DNA from: Neophaeotheca triangularis | Taxonomy: Eukaryota | DNA: 64,000 nt | Direction: 5' to 3' | Assembly: GCA_054600435.1 (NCBI GenBank) | Contig: BAAIJX010000007.1 | Location: 558,001 to 622,000 of the forward strand | In this document: in pieces, positions 34,901-46,420 of the stretch | How the letters are laid out: each line of letters opens with the position of its first letter | How positions within the stretch are numbered: the first letter of the stretch is position 1 | Position numbers and translations under genes: made by a program | Notes under the pieces: generated by a model | The model's database searches: none | What the model saw: only the letters and a program-made list of their open reading frames with translations | What the model was told of the DNA's origin: nothing

Positions 34901-35252
34901 GCGCTTGCTCGCTGACTGCGCTCAATATCTCCGCGTTCGGGCTGATCGCCATCTCCTGCTCCAGCGCAGTCATTCGATCGGTAGGTCCTGAGGCCGGGGG
35001 GACGGCTTTGAGAACTGTGCCCTTGATTTTGTCCTGCTTGGAATTGCCGCTAGAAAAGCTTCTCCTTTGGCTGAGCCAGGTTCTCTGCCGATTAGTCATT
35101 TGCTTTGGAGGAGCCGTCGCTGCTTGGGCATCACTCTGGGCCTTAGATTCGGGTGTCTCCGTTCCTCGGCGAGAGAAGATGGAAATACTGCGGCGCTTCA
35201 TGGCAACATTGTCGCCAGCACCAGCACTCGAGGTAACATAGGAAGGGGCCAT
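31962..35252 (-). CDS. Fungal protein with a disordered N-terminal half and a C-terminal UBA-like domain
   Basis: 1096-aa ORF; block FEDALWRIWCFCKIFGCGKDREEDITGQLDWLKGG; C-terminal AIVGMGFT..ARDALK..LDRAVDLLL is UBA-like. Confidence 0.8.
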   Translation of the reverse strand: MAPSYVTSSAGAGDNVAMKRRSISIFSRRGTETPESKAQSDAQAATAPPKQMTNRQRTWLSQRRSFSSGNSKQDKIKGTVLKAVPPASGPTDRMTALEQEMAISPNAEILSAVSEQAPSNDRFSDMFHGTSPLQQTLSLGRNKASPERKTKKHLKDRIGVWVNGIAEWDEGMQEPVRQSLSGGARGIEGRARSADVETSQRADRNSQKPTLSVVIPNSQLQISNPEDRTVLVPMPRGSGEIIMPMIDSMSQGRRVFPGAEEPLCDIEPVLTQKERPSISRASSSTISTGENDDASVYSKRSSATSIVPSPLPSSVVENHVETSDCQTSKDYPIESPALAGVFDESHYFAAAASQESPPIPVSPPRRAAPCLPVRRKPVQTHATRSEWGAAEDFTTATAEMKESKTNVSKNAQQLDLIDKALKRTSPYMPCAPSEPPSPTLSQAEDELSAQLLDSAVGDGSKAFCRSGLTLFDVGIQRSSSVRSVMQPPSLAPAVPKRSRKREWCKPGVATQLAQVAQTPRRRRSDANFIVHPVSDNEASASPAVSPLKKWNSTSKLPNTRRSAANLPELTLEVLQPSSAVAFDDGLVVVEPPCRFRAWIQREDDINGPKSAKAAEGVLLNILSALTSLDDLAATAQINKGMYRVYREHEMDLIRLVSYNASPAAWEFREWCPPERTDLESSKASSQLEHTPLTYMHCHKRDLAVIQRLKYLVVNRCQTFIRRDTAWALSISNHPNAQRFEDALWRIWCFCKIFGCGKDREEDITGQLDWLKGGLLAHQQGCGATVGANYDFDFSSVLLNAPEHFAKGNGEGLTAEQLYDMTELWTCLVALLSGYQECTEQARNAGVFEGNDVPNGDVEKEAHTLEEWTAYLLTLSPAVIVEMAEHSLEDTQKGFTLASSNGWTSWTAPVDSTSYSTFLKEPVARLYEERSASFASRTPSAGEKCRKEAARMRVSSLAAEIRLARQTSAYKRLPLIDMDSERPMSVLSRRDSAQDTSAAGSGATTPLSPSHIPSASVVSPRKISPIGEDRVEGFNRLSLQNFAGLADDTGERAVSAIVGMGFTVRDARDALKITDMGDGLRLDRAVDLLLRGCGRAF

Positions 35253-37389
35253 GTCGTTGATGGGAGTTGTCTATCCCTCGGCAAAATGTGGTCACGTAGA
35301 ATGAGAATGGACCGAGGAGGAAGTGCTGGTATTTAAGATCAGCAAAAGATTCATGCCACTGGCACCATGGTCTGCATACCGGGTCAGCTTTGGGTCAGCC
35401 TAGCCTCTTACAAAGCTAGACTCTCGATCCAACAGGTCACAGCAGCTCTATAATCCCGAGTCAAACAGTCATCATATAAGTGCAAAACACTGCAACATCA
35501 AGAGCGCTTTCCCGCAAGAGTGAAAAGGTGAGGAAGCGATGCAGTCATGATAGGTAATGACCATCAAAGGCGCAGCAGACCAGAGGATGAGGCGAAGGAA
35601 GGGCCAAAAAGCTATACAAAGGAATGAGGCCTACCATGTCGTTCTATTCATACTACCAACGGGTCGTGCAGAGTGCCGAGTATAAGCCCCACAGAGCTAT
35701 GTCTTGACAGGGCTGTGGAGACTTTTCCGTAGACCTACTTATGTACATACAGCGAGTATGTAACAGCCTCGCCACGTTGGGCCAGGTGGCACAACGTGCT
35801 GACGTCGCTTGCGAGTTGCGACATGCTTTGCGGGTTGAGTCGCGACTCGCCTGACAGGCATTAATATTATGATTATTGGCGTCGTTGGTGTATATGCCCA
35901 GTGTGGAATGGCGTCGGGAAGGTTTTCCAAAATCCAATACTCGGGGGGGGAGGAAGCTTGAAGAACGGACGGAAGAGGTGCAGTGGTGCAGTGGTGCAGG
36001 TGAGGTGTGGTCACTGGTCTGCGCCGTGCGGGTCTGACCGCCAAGGCCCGTTCGGGAGTCCCGTCTATTTTTGGGCCCGATCTTCACAGCTGCAGGATGC
36101 AGGATGGACATGCTCGAGACATGGTATGTTCCAGCCAGGTGTAGCGTGTTGGTGGCTTTTTTCAGCTTCCTTCATCCTCTTAGGTACAAGGTACAAGGCA
36201 CACCTCTACACCCGTCCATTCACTACCCCCCATCCTGGACCTCGTCCTGCCCGTCACTCAAGCCGGTCCTCAGGCGTTCAATTTTCACGGGTTCTAGGGC
36301 TGTGTCGGAAAGTGGTGGTCGACGACGGGCGGCCAGATGGAACCGTAGTCTGCCCTCGGCCCCTCGCCCCCTGCGCCGAGCAAGACCGTTCGCAAGACGA
36401 AACGATACGGCAACGTTAACGACTTGCACAACCTTAAGCTTTGCGACACTACTGCAGATTTTATAGTCACAATAGACCAACCCAACGGTCATATTGCATT
36501 CCGTGCAGAAGATGCATATCATCATCACACTAGCACGTAGGCGATGCGAGATCGAAAAGCTAGGAGATAGTCGAGACTCGAGACCCCACAGTTGTGCTTC
36601 AGAGAGTAGGTTTCCGAGAGATACATACTTTCAGCCACAGACCATCTAGGCGGGACTTCTCCAGAGCTCGAATGCCTTGTTTCGGTTTCCACGTGGAAGA
36701 CAGTAACAAGACACCTTCCGACAGAGTAGCAGTCGTCTCTGCGATCGTGCCTCGGTGCAGGAACTTTTGCGCTGTCTGTTGCGTGGGTAGCACGAGTAGT
36801 CGATGATAGGCGAACACATGCATGCTTACTCCGAAGCCCAGATCCTTTTTGGACGCCTCATGGGTATCTAGGCAGCACGATTGCAGGGGTTGCTTTCTAG
36901 CTATGAGCTGAGCGATCTTGCAACGGCTTCAGCTTCTCACCCGATGACAGTTTCTCTCGACTGGCTTCAACCTATTGTGCCACATCCCTGATGCTTGCAG
37001 CTTGTCGGAGTCGAAGGCGCGAGAAAAGACGACTCAGATCGTGGGCGCTGTGGATTTCCCCATTCGAGGGTGATCACGGTCCAAAGCTGCGTCGATCGTA
37101 GCGGTCACGAATTCGCATGTAACGAGATCACTCGAGAAGTACACGTGCAATCAGAGTTCGAGGTCTGTTGTTCGAGATCTCTGTCATTCTCATTAGACAA
37201 TAGCGGCAAACACTCGCGGCTAATCATCCTCCCCTTTCTAATCCACTCATTATAGGCCGTCCGTTACTCAACGCCAGCGCTTCAAAACACAGGGAATTCA
37301 GGATGCTGCAAAAAGAATACTACTCGCGTGTCAAAAAATCTGCAGATTGCCCCCAAGTACCAATCGAGCCAGTCGATTGCCTCGTCGGA

Positions 37390-38708
37390 CTAATCGTCCG
37401 ACACAGCGACAACCGGCCTCTCAACAGACCCAGGTGGCGGAGGGCCAATGGGGCCAGGGATCGCTTGGGAGGCAGCCGTGTGCGGTACCACTGTCACAAG
37501 CTCTCCAGTTTTCGTCGTTGCTGTCAAAGGTCTCGACGAATCGCTGTACCCAGGCGGTGGAGGCTCGGTACGGTCAGCGTTGAGCTGTGGTGCGGCTGCG
37601 TGCGGGAGTACTGTCACTGTTTCCCCGGTCTTCGTTGTGGCCGTTAGAGGCTTTGCAGTAGTTGTTCTATCTCTTTCGGCGGGTTGCATCAGCGTGGTAG
37701 CTGGCTTTTCGGTCGTCGTCGCTGGCTTGGAGACTTTCTCTGCTGCATACACGTTTCCAGACGAGATGGCGCGGGGGACCGTGGCCGCAGGCTCGTCCCC
37801 TTTGGTCGACACTGTCGACGTGTTGGCTGCAGCAGCTCGATCAGATGAGTCGGGCAGCGAAACCACAGTCACCGGCTCACCAGTCGCCTTTGTAGCCGTC
37901 GGCGGGTTGCTCGAAGAAGCTGAACTAGCTGGGGTCAAGGTGACAGCCGGAGTAGCTCTAGGCTGAGCTGCGGGCGCCGACTCGGATGCGTTCGTCGGCT
38001 TCGCCGTCTCTTGCGATGTCTTTGTGGAGGCAGTGACAGTCGTGGCAGCCTTCTCGTTGTCATTTGCGGTGGTCGAGCCAGGTGGCTGCGCAACGTAGAC
38101 CATAGTCTCTTGGTGACTTGAGTATCCACCCTTCTCTTTGGCCTCGTGTGCTCGAACCTTCAACTCCGTGTTCATCTGCGCGAGAGCGCAAGGGATGCAG
38201 TACTAGGACACCTGAGAGAGCAGACCACGTCAGTTGCCTGATCTCTGCAAGTAAAAAGTCCTGGCTACGGCGACTCACCAAACAGTCGCTGAGATCGTCA
38301 CTTTGAATGCCAAACTTCTGTCGAAGCTCAATGCGCTTGGCCATGGTCAAAGGACTGTGGCAGCATGAGGTCAAATAATGCATCAAGCACCCCTCGTTGA
38401 GACCTATGGGATCAACTATCGGCGAGTCGAGGTCTGGCCAGACGTGAAGCCTGTCATCCATCTTGCCGTAGAAACAGTTGGTACAAAACCAGGAGCCGAG
38501 CTGAATGTCGTGAGGGAACGGTTAGTGATGAGCTGGAGACTCGTCAGGGGAGAAGCTGGCGACTAACGCATGCTTTGAAGCTGTTAGCGCCGCAGAAGCC
38601 GCTGAAAAGACCACTCCGCCATTGTCCAGTCCTTTCTTTTTGCTGGACTGCGTGGCTCGTAGAAGACTCGGGCGAGGCAGTCGAGACTTTAACTGTAGAT
38701 GCGGCCAT
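37390..38708 (-). CDS. PLAC8-family Cys-rich protein with a Thr/Ala/Pro-rich repetitive tail; in-frame TAG at 38203-38205
   Basis: WRSGLF..C|LGSWFCTNCFYG..RIELRQKFGIQ..DCL|VS*YCIPCALAQMNTE; introns 38501-38567 and 38212-38278; tail repeats PLTATTKTGE[TL]VTV[LV]PH. Confidence 0.75.
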
Positions 38709-39404
38709 GACTGCTGTGACTCGTTCTCGCAGCCCTGGAAATCAGACTCAGTCCGGTCGTTTGGCTCGAGGAGCTGTAATTGGTTCCGGGCAGTTCTCCT
38801 CTTTAGTGGCAATAGTTGCATGGTGCTAGCGATGTGTAGAAAGTGATACCTTGATAGTGCTTTGTAATGCCGGAGGATGTGCTACTAGAAGATGATATCG
38901 CCTGGCATAAACGGGTCCTACCTGGTGGTCTCTACTTGGTACATATTCGTACCAAGCGTGCAATAGCATTGCCAGGTAAGCGTGATCCTTGTGTTGACCG
39001 ACTTCTTGGAAGGCGAGAAGCATGTCCCAAGATATACTAAGCCATACCAAGGCGCGGCACAGGCCATGCCCAAAGGGACCACCATCTGCATGGACGACAT
39101 TTGACTTTGCATCCTCTTCTTTGATAAATAATCACCAACATTATTAATCAAACACTGCCTGTGTTTCAGACCCACAAACTACTAAGTGGAATTATCAATA
39201 CTAACCCTCAACAGCACCGCTTGAACTATAGGGCACGAGAGCTTGCACTGACCGTCACGTATCAGTCCTGCCGATCGATCATCATTGACCGGCTCACGCG
39301 GTCGGCAGCAACGAGAAGAATTTCAATAGCGAGCGATGGGGTCTCAGGCTCAGGCTCAGTCTCGTGCGTCTGTACAACATGATGGTAAATCCTCGTGGCG
39401 CCAT

Positions 39405-40059
39405 GACAACCGTGGTAGGAGAAGGAAATACACAACTTCTGGATCGACCAGGCTGATGGCGGCAACCTCGGAGAACCCTGGCAGATTAACGGTCAAAGCA
39501 ACTATATCGGATCAATTCCTTATCCGTTCGTCCATGCACTCTAGCACGCCGGCACTCAGGAACCCGTTTGGAAACTTTACCCTTAAGCGCACCAGTGAGG
39601 TCTCGAAAAGGCTTGCACAACGCTACTGGCATCAAGATGGGCGAGCCGTGTGAATGTCTTTCCCTCAGCCGTTCTGGACACACTGGCTCTCAGCGTTTCT
39701 GCAGCATTACCTGGTACTTCGGAAGCATAGCACACGCTTCCCGAACAAGTTGTTGCCGGCCTTTCTGCTGCTGAGACTGGATGGGGATGGTAGAAAACCT
39801 ACGCCGGAGGATTTGGAGCCTATCCAACCATCCGGTGGTTTAGCGAGGTTTGATCACGCCGGTGACGCTGCCCAACGCACCGGAATGAACGGTCTACTTG
39901 CCAGCTGCCGACGACAATGCCACTCAGACGTGGATGTACTGGTGGATCAACCAAACCTACGATGGCGGGCAGAGTGTTACCGTGCTGGCGCCGCTTGAGC
40001 ATATTCCGCTTTTCCACCTCGGTGACAGGGCGGATAACATGTCTGGTAATGTGTTCTAA
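39405..40059 (+). pseudogene. Decayed glycoside hydrolase family 31 (alpha-xylosidase-like) fragment
   Basis: NFWIDQADGGNLGE, LSRSGHTGSQRFCS, QVVAGLSAAETGWGW*KTYAGGF and LITPVT..E*TVYLP..WMYWW..YDGGQSVTVLAPLEHIPLF, with several stops, frameshifts and an apparent internal deletion. Confidence 0.8.
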
Positions 40060-40240
40060 ACTTTCAAATTCAGCAAAATTCATGATCAAGCATTCCTTCT
40101 TCCTATTCATCAGTATCTGCTATCGCGACCTCATGGCGTGCATAAAGCTCGCAAGCACTTTGTTACCGTGGCTCTCTACTTTCGCTGATCTGCCATAAAA
40201 AGACAACCAGAAAGCAGCGTTCCTCGGATCAGCTCCAAGC

Positions 40241-41127
40241 CTACTCGGCCAGAAGAATGACCGGCTTATCCGCTGTTCCACCCAACTCCAAGCGCACAGG
40301 CGGTCCGTCGAACTCCAAGCGCACCAGATCCTCCTCCAGCGCCGTAGTCGAGACCAAACGTTCCGACGTCCGCTCCACAGGCACACTGAAGCGCACCTTC
40401 TTCGTGCTGCGACCGGAGCTCGGGCTGGTGGTAGCAGCGCGCTTGAGACCTCCAGGGGTCTTGGGGCTCTTGACATTGACCTGCTTTGAAAGCGCTGCCG
40501 GTTAATAAAGAACGTATCACAGTGTCCGCCATCACAAAGCCCTACCTTCTTGACGGGCGTAGCCACTGCCTCAGCACCCACTACCCCCTCAACCCCAGAT
40601 TTGCCTTCACCACCCGGAGTCTTAGCCTAGATCTCAGTTAATCAAAGCCCTCGCCACCTGCCATTCCCGACGCAACAAGATACCCACCAACACTTTCTTC
40701 ACTCTCGGCTCCCCAAGCCCACGCTCCTTCGGCTCTTCCTCATCTCCACCCTCCATCTCCTCCCAATCCTCCTCATTGTCCTCGCCGTCTTGAACCTCGC
40801 GCATTTCACCCAACAGCGTCGTCTTACACTTCAGCGCCTTGTGCAAGTTGCAAGTGTGGACAGTGTACCAAGTCCCGTCTTTGCGGAGGACGAGGGACTT
40901 CTCGTTGGCGCAGCGATTGCGGCTGAGCAGGGCGGGAGCGTGAGCGGGGGGTTCATGGTTTTGGTAGGTTTCATGGATGAAGGCGAGAGGAGATTGTGAA
41001 GGGGAGGGATGTGCGCTGCTTACACTTTTTCGCGATAGGATGGGCCGAGGTGGTAGTTGTGGCAGGGGTCGCCGCAGGGTCGGACTTTGAGAGCGTGCTG
41101 CGTGTACCTTGTGATTTGGAAATCCAT
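40241..41127 (-). CDS. Possible multi-exon hypothetical protein
   Basis: GTAAGC donor after REKV, a Cys/His-containing exon, an acidic patch and a basic KSPKTP..KKVRF segment; the phase of the last intron is unresolved. Confidence 0.3.
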
Positions 41128-41515
41128 GGTTGGTAAAGGCCTTCGTTTAGAGGTGTTGAGGTTGGTGTGATGTAGCAGGGCACCTGCGAGAAGTTGCTCG
41201 CCGGTGTGTGGGCGGAGGCGAACGGGTGTACAAGGATCTGCGTGAATGTAGGCGTAAAGACTTAGCGTGGGCCGAGCGCAAGGACTAGCATCCAAGTGAG
41301 GTTGAATTAGGCAGCCACTGTTCTCGCTGTGCTGTGCGGGCGAGATGCGAGCGGACGTCTTTATTGATTTATGGTAGGTGGGGCAGCGAGCATAGTTGCG
41401 AAGTTGATGTTCCAAGTCTTCATAAATACTTTTCATGGTAAGTAGGTAAAGGTCGCAACCAGACCGCGGTGGCCTTGGATCCACCAGCTCCCGCCTCTCT
41501 CTAATAATGGGTATC

Positions 41516-42430
41516 TCATCCTTCATCAGCCACATCCTCCACAGCAACAGGTCTCGGCCCCTTCCTCTCCTCGCCCGCCGGGTAAATCCCACCAATCTCC
41601 TGTTCAAACTTCGCATACTCCTCGTCCAAACCATCACCCAGTTGCCCTTGCGCCTTCACTTGCGCGCGCTCCCTCTCCAACCTCGCCTCCTCGTCAGCGG
41701 CCTTTGCAGCTTTCTCCGCCGCATCCTTCCCAGACTGCTCCACACGATCCGCCTCCTCGGGCTCCATGAGCCGTCCACTGGCCGCTTTGTTGCGAGCTTT
41801 CTGCTGCGCGATGCTCGTGGGCACGAAGCGCGCGGCTTCCTTTTGGAAATCGCGGAGCTTGGGCGCGGAACTGTAAATTTTCTTCGCTTGAGGCGGCACA
41901 GCGCCGGGTTTGGGTGGAAGGGCGTGGGAGGTGGATGTTGGCTGCTCTGGGCGGGGGATCGGAGGGGGTGTATCTCGGGGCATGGGGATTGCGCGGACTT
42001 CTGGGTCGGTTTCGTCGCCGCTGGCTGTGGCTGTTGCTTCGTCGTCGTCTCGTCTTCGTTTGCCGAGTTGTTGTCTGCGTTCTATTTGCTGTTGGCGGAG
42101 GTTTGGAGCTTCTCTGCTGTTTGCGCCATCTTTCCTGCTTTCGTTGGTCGGGAACTTGGGTGCAGCGTCGCCGAGCGCTTCTCGAGCCTTGTTGATGGCT
42201 CGAAGATCTTTTTCGAGCTTTGTGAGGAGTTCTTTCTCTTGTGGTCTTATCCTTCCGCTTTGCTCGCTTTCCTTGAGCTCTTCGATCTGTCGCTGTATTC
42301 GGTTTGGGTTGCGCTGGCCGAGTCGTTCATTGCGTTGCGCCTGAACATTCTTCTTGTTTTTGGCGATCGCTTTGGCTTTGTCGGCCTTGTGCTGCGCGGC
42401 TGCCGGGTTCGCTGAACGTTCCTTGGGCAT
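41516..42430 (-). CDS. WW-domain-binding protein 11 (Wbp11) family splicing factor
   Basis: NPAAAQHKADKAKAIAKNKK..RNERL..RNPNRIQRQIEEL and YSSAPKLRDFQKEAARFVPTSI. Confidence 0.85.
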   Translation of the reverse strand: MPKERSANPAAAQHKADKAKAIAKNKKNVQAQRNERLGQRNPNRIQRQIEELKESEQSGRIRPQEKELLTKLEKDLRAINKAREALGDAAPKFPTNESRKDGANSREAPNLRQQQIERRQQLGKRRRDDDEATATASGDETDPEVRAIPMPRDTPPPIPRPEQPTSTSHALPPKPGAVPPQAKKIYSSAPKLRDFQKEAARFVPTSIAQQKARNKAASGRLMEPEEADRVEQSGKDAAEKAAKAADEEARLERERAQVKAQGQLGDGLDEEYAKFEQEIGGIYPAGEERKGPRPVAVEDVADEG

Positions 42431-43667
42431 CTTGTTCGTTGTCTCGTGTTGCCAGGATTGGCAACGTTCGTAGCAAGAATCTACCTAGGCACGTTAGGAG
42501 GTAGTTCGTGGGGTGACGTGACGTCGAACCGGGCACGAGTCATGAAAGCGGGAACTCCCGCAGCTATCAATCGACCTCACTTGCACTCATTTATAATCTT
42601 TCCCTTCACCTTTGCTAAAAACCGCGCTAAAAAACAATCATTAGCATCGTGCGTTTGCCCCGGTGAGATTCCAATGTCGAAATATATGGGCCTCGAAGCA
42701 TAGCACCGGTATACCTTTTCCACGCTCGTCACTTCGAGTTCTGGCATGCTTCTCGGCCTCGGCAGCATCGGCCTGCACGACGTCAGTTCCTACTTCAAAG
42801 CTGGGGACATCAATTAACGCATCGAACCTTCGCTACTTCTTCTTCGCGTGGACGTATCTGGTGCTTATTGCCGCTACCCATGTGAACTGAGTATGCGGTC
42901 TCATCCTGGGGTTGCTTGTGGCGCTTATTGACATCGTGGAACCACTCGTGTCTAGCTTGTTGAAAACATTTCTTCCGTCTTTATGACAGTTCAGCTTCGA
43001 GCGTCTGGAGCAATTGAGCCATTGCTTACATCCGGCAGTCTGAGGAAAGCCTCCCTGCGGTGTAGTAGACCCCGAGCGCCATTATGACTAGAAGAAGCAA
43101 CCATGGCGCAAGTGGGACTGCGTTCGCGGAGTGGAGGAAAGGCCACAAGGTACAAACATGTAACACTACTCACCGCGATCCCGGCCTGCAAAGGTGTGTT
43201 TTGCGTTCGAGTTTCCCCGCTCGGGCGTAGGCCGCCCCGTACCTAAAGACCTTACTCGACACCCCTAGCCCGGAGAGAGAAGGGAGACACTGTCTTTTTG
43301 AACTTTTTGGCCAAGTTTGCGGGCCACCAGGGGTCTGTGTCTGTTTTTGTTGATCATATTTGTTGGCTTCCTGGAGCGGGGACGAGGCCTTCGCTCAACT
43401 TAGTGCTCACTGCTCCGAATATAACCAATGGACCTCACTTTCGCTGAGACTTCCAGCGCATCAGGGACGATCGACGCAGAGGCGGTGGGAAGATAAGTCA
43501 CTCCGATATAATGATGGTATAATACTTCCCGCTACAAGGCTCGAGCCGCTTCCTTTTGCTCCCCAACGGGCTTCATGGTGTGCGACGCTGCGCCAGGTAG
43601 ACTTGCTTCTGACTGATTTATCGTTTCTCCATCTCCTCAACGCCCAACAATCCTCTGGTATTTGGCC

Positions 43668-44380
43668 TCAAGCCACCATCTCCCACTCGTCGTCGTCCAT
43701 GCCAGATGAGCTCTCCACTTCCACCCAGGCCTCACTGTCCTCCGTTTCGGCGACCTTTGGAATAGAGACCTTTGTGTGGCCCTCAGCTTTCGAGACAGTC
43801 TTGCCGGTGTAACGGGAAGCGTCCGCTGGGGCTTGCTTTCCGTAGTCGCCGCCGCCGCTCTGGCAGGCGTTCGTTAACTCCACTGGCAGCAAAAGCAATC
43901 TTGAACATCACCAATATACCTTGGCTCCGGCATTGGCCTGGACGCTGTTGATCTCGCTCTTTCCGGCCTCCCCGACCGCAGCTTTCTGTGAAGGTATCAG
44001 CACCACTGAGGCAAAAGCGGAAAAGCCGATGGCCACGCACCTCCGACTCCATCTCCTTCTTCACCCGGCTACTGCGCTTGATTTCCTTCTCCACGTTCTC
44101 GAAGTGGACAGCGTACATGGTACCGTCGCCGAGGTCGCGGAACGACACATGGCCCCTGGGCTGCACGCAGTGCTTGCGGCTGTTTCTCGAGCAATTAGCG
44201 GCGAAGGCTTTCAAGAAATCGAGGATGTACTTGCACAGCAGCTTCGTCGGGCTGGCCAAGGTGTGAGATGTCGCGACAGACGTGGGAGATCGAAGGTTCG
44301 ACATCGTAGTCGTCGTCGCTGTCGATGCCCAGGGCCTGGTTGTATTCGCGAAGGCGTTGTTGTAGTGCGAGGGATGGCAT
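43668..44380 (-). CDS. Four-exon hypothetical protein with a GC-AG intron, ending DDDEWEMVA
   Basis: GCAAGT..GCTAAT..CAG intron at 44180-44234 plus two GT-AG introns give a continuous frame. Confidence 0.5.
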
Positions 44381-45877
44381 CGTGATGAGAGCCTGGTGAA
44401 TGGCTTGGGGTGGTACTAGGGGGGGGAAGGTTTCTGGAAAAGGGCGATTGCAGTGGTTGGAGATTATGTCAGGGCAAAGGTTTCTTTGGGGCCAGCTCGC
44501 GAGGAAAAGCAAACATGCAAGGTCCGAGCGGCCTTTAGTCCGGGGTGAATGCCTTTGACGACGTGAATGCGAAAACGAAAGGTCCGTGAGGCTCGAGCTT
44601 TTGGAAAGGGAATCGATTGCTAGAAGTGAATGTTTCCTATAGAAGCCTCTGGACTGCGAAGCCATTCAATGGCAATAGCTATAGTTCCACATACACAGCT
44701 AACTTGAGCTGGATCCGAACCGGAGTTTCCAAGACTGATATACAAGGCTGACGAGCACATAGGAAAGATAGGGGAGGATGTACGTTTAGCCAAACGCTCA
44801 ACTGATGGAACCAATATATATCACAACTACTCTATCTAGCAAGGCTTTTTGATCGCGGGCCTACCTTGCTCTTTTCTGAGAAACATCACGATTAGGTCTA
44901 GGCAATCAGCGCCTTTAGAGCTGGCATAAAGCGTGTAACAAAAGCAAGATCCCAGGATTACGATCGGTTGTGCAGAGGGGACTGTTTATTAGTCTACAGC
45001 CATACAATGAATTGAAGAACATCTCCAGCTCAATGTCTTGTGAACACGGCCGCTGGTATGACTTTCACGTTCACGTCTCCGCAGTTGTTGCTACAGCCCC
45101 TTGTTCCGCTTAGGAGCTTGCAAAGAAGATAAAGTGAGTTTCTCCAACAATGCAAATGCTTGTCTTTGTTGGCTTTCCGGCGAGATCTATCGCTTTTCTA
45201 GTCAGACATATTTCCCTTCCATTCGCGACTGAACCTATGTCATCACGCACTACTTTAGAAGCCGAAGAGAGTACTCAGCAATCATCTCACTGGATCTTGT
45301 GCTTTCCACGACAAAGCCGGTGAAGGGGAGGCGGCGTCTCCAGTTCCTACCAAGCTAGCAATGATGTTGGACCAACGTGTGTATCTCGACTTTTGAGCCG
45401 TCCCAGAGAGTAGTACTGACACTTGTTTAGGAAGACTTCAAGGAGCACCTGGAGTTGATCTGCAGGAAGGAGCGGAAAAAAAATAATTCCAAGACCTACA
45501 ATCATGGCAGAGACGGCGGAAGGAAATAGGCGACGACGCTTAACAAACGCCATCGGCGAGAAGCGATCCGGTACATGGCACTGCAGAATCTACTGTCCTT
45601 TGATCGACGGCGGTGGCGTGGGTTCATGATTTAAGTCAGTCCCAAGTCCAAGCTTGACGTTTCTCTCGCCGTGAATGCTCCTGGCGTGAATTCACTATCG
45701 ACCCGCACTGCGTTTTACCATTCACCTCCCCTAGGCAACCGCACGTCAGAACTCGCAAGTGACTGGTAGCTCGATGGTCGTAGGCAGCTTCTGTTCGCCC
45801 TGCTGCTCCCCACCGCTCATCTCCCTCGCCCAAACCCAATGTTCCCTTGCACTCCTCAAACTAGCACACGGTCCACT

Positions 45878-46420
45878 ATGTCGACGCATCGATCCACCCA
45901 AAGTCAACCCAACAGCCGCGTCGCTTGCAGTGACGACGCTCACAATGGCGTCTTTGGGGAACGCCACGCGCATGTATATCCAGCGGCACCGTCTCCTGAT
46001 TATCGAACTGACAGGCTCCTTAGCCGCGCCAACTGCAACGTTATCAAGTCGTACAAATACTCCCACGGCAAGATGACAGCGGTGCACAAGACGAATGAGA
46101 GCTACGCCGATTCCACGCCGGCGCCGCAACCGGGTAGATCGTCTCGAACCGTTCGTCCGAGGGCATCAAATAGAGCATGTCCGGAGGTGAGCTCGCGGTT
46201 TCCTATTTGAAGTAAAGACTGTGCTGACGTGGTACAGGATCTTCGGGCTCCGGAGATGTTGGACAAGCACGCTTTACCCAAGGACAGCAATGATAGAGGA
46301 GAGACCAGGGTGCGAAAGGACGGAGTTGGTAGGGAGGCGGCGAGGAACCCGGTAGAGCCGGACGATTTGGACGAGGACACCGGGGCGTGGGAGCTTGTAG
46401 GCATGGAGGATCTTCGCTGA
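45878..46420 (+). CDS. Small hypothetical protein ending DDLDEDTGAWELVGMEDLR
   Basis: Phase-0 intron 46187-46237 (GTGAGC..GCTGAC..CAG) joins two ORFs. Confidence 0.45.

Noticed and set aside
43060..43128. Short matches to U2 (GTGTAGTA) and U1 stem-loop 4 (GGGACTGCGTTCGCG)
   Set aside because: No U1 5' ACTTACC end, Sm site or other U2 elements in the right order; not called as an snRNA.
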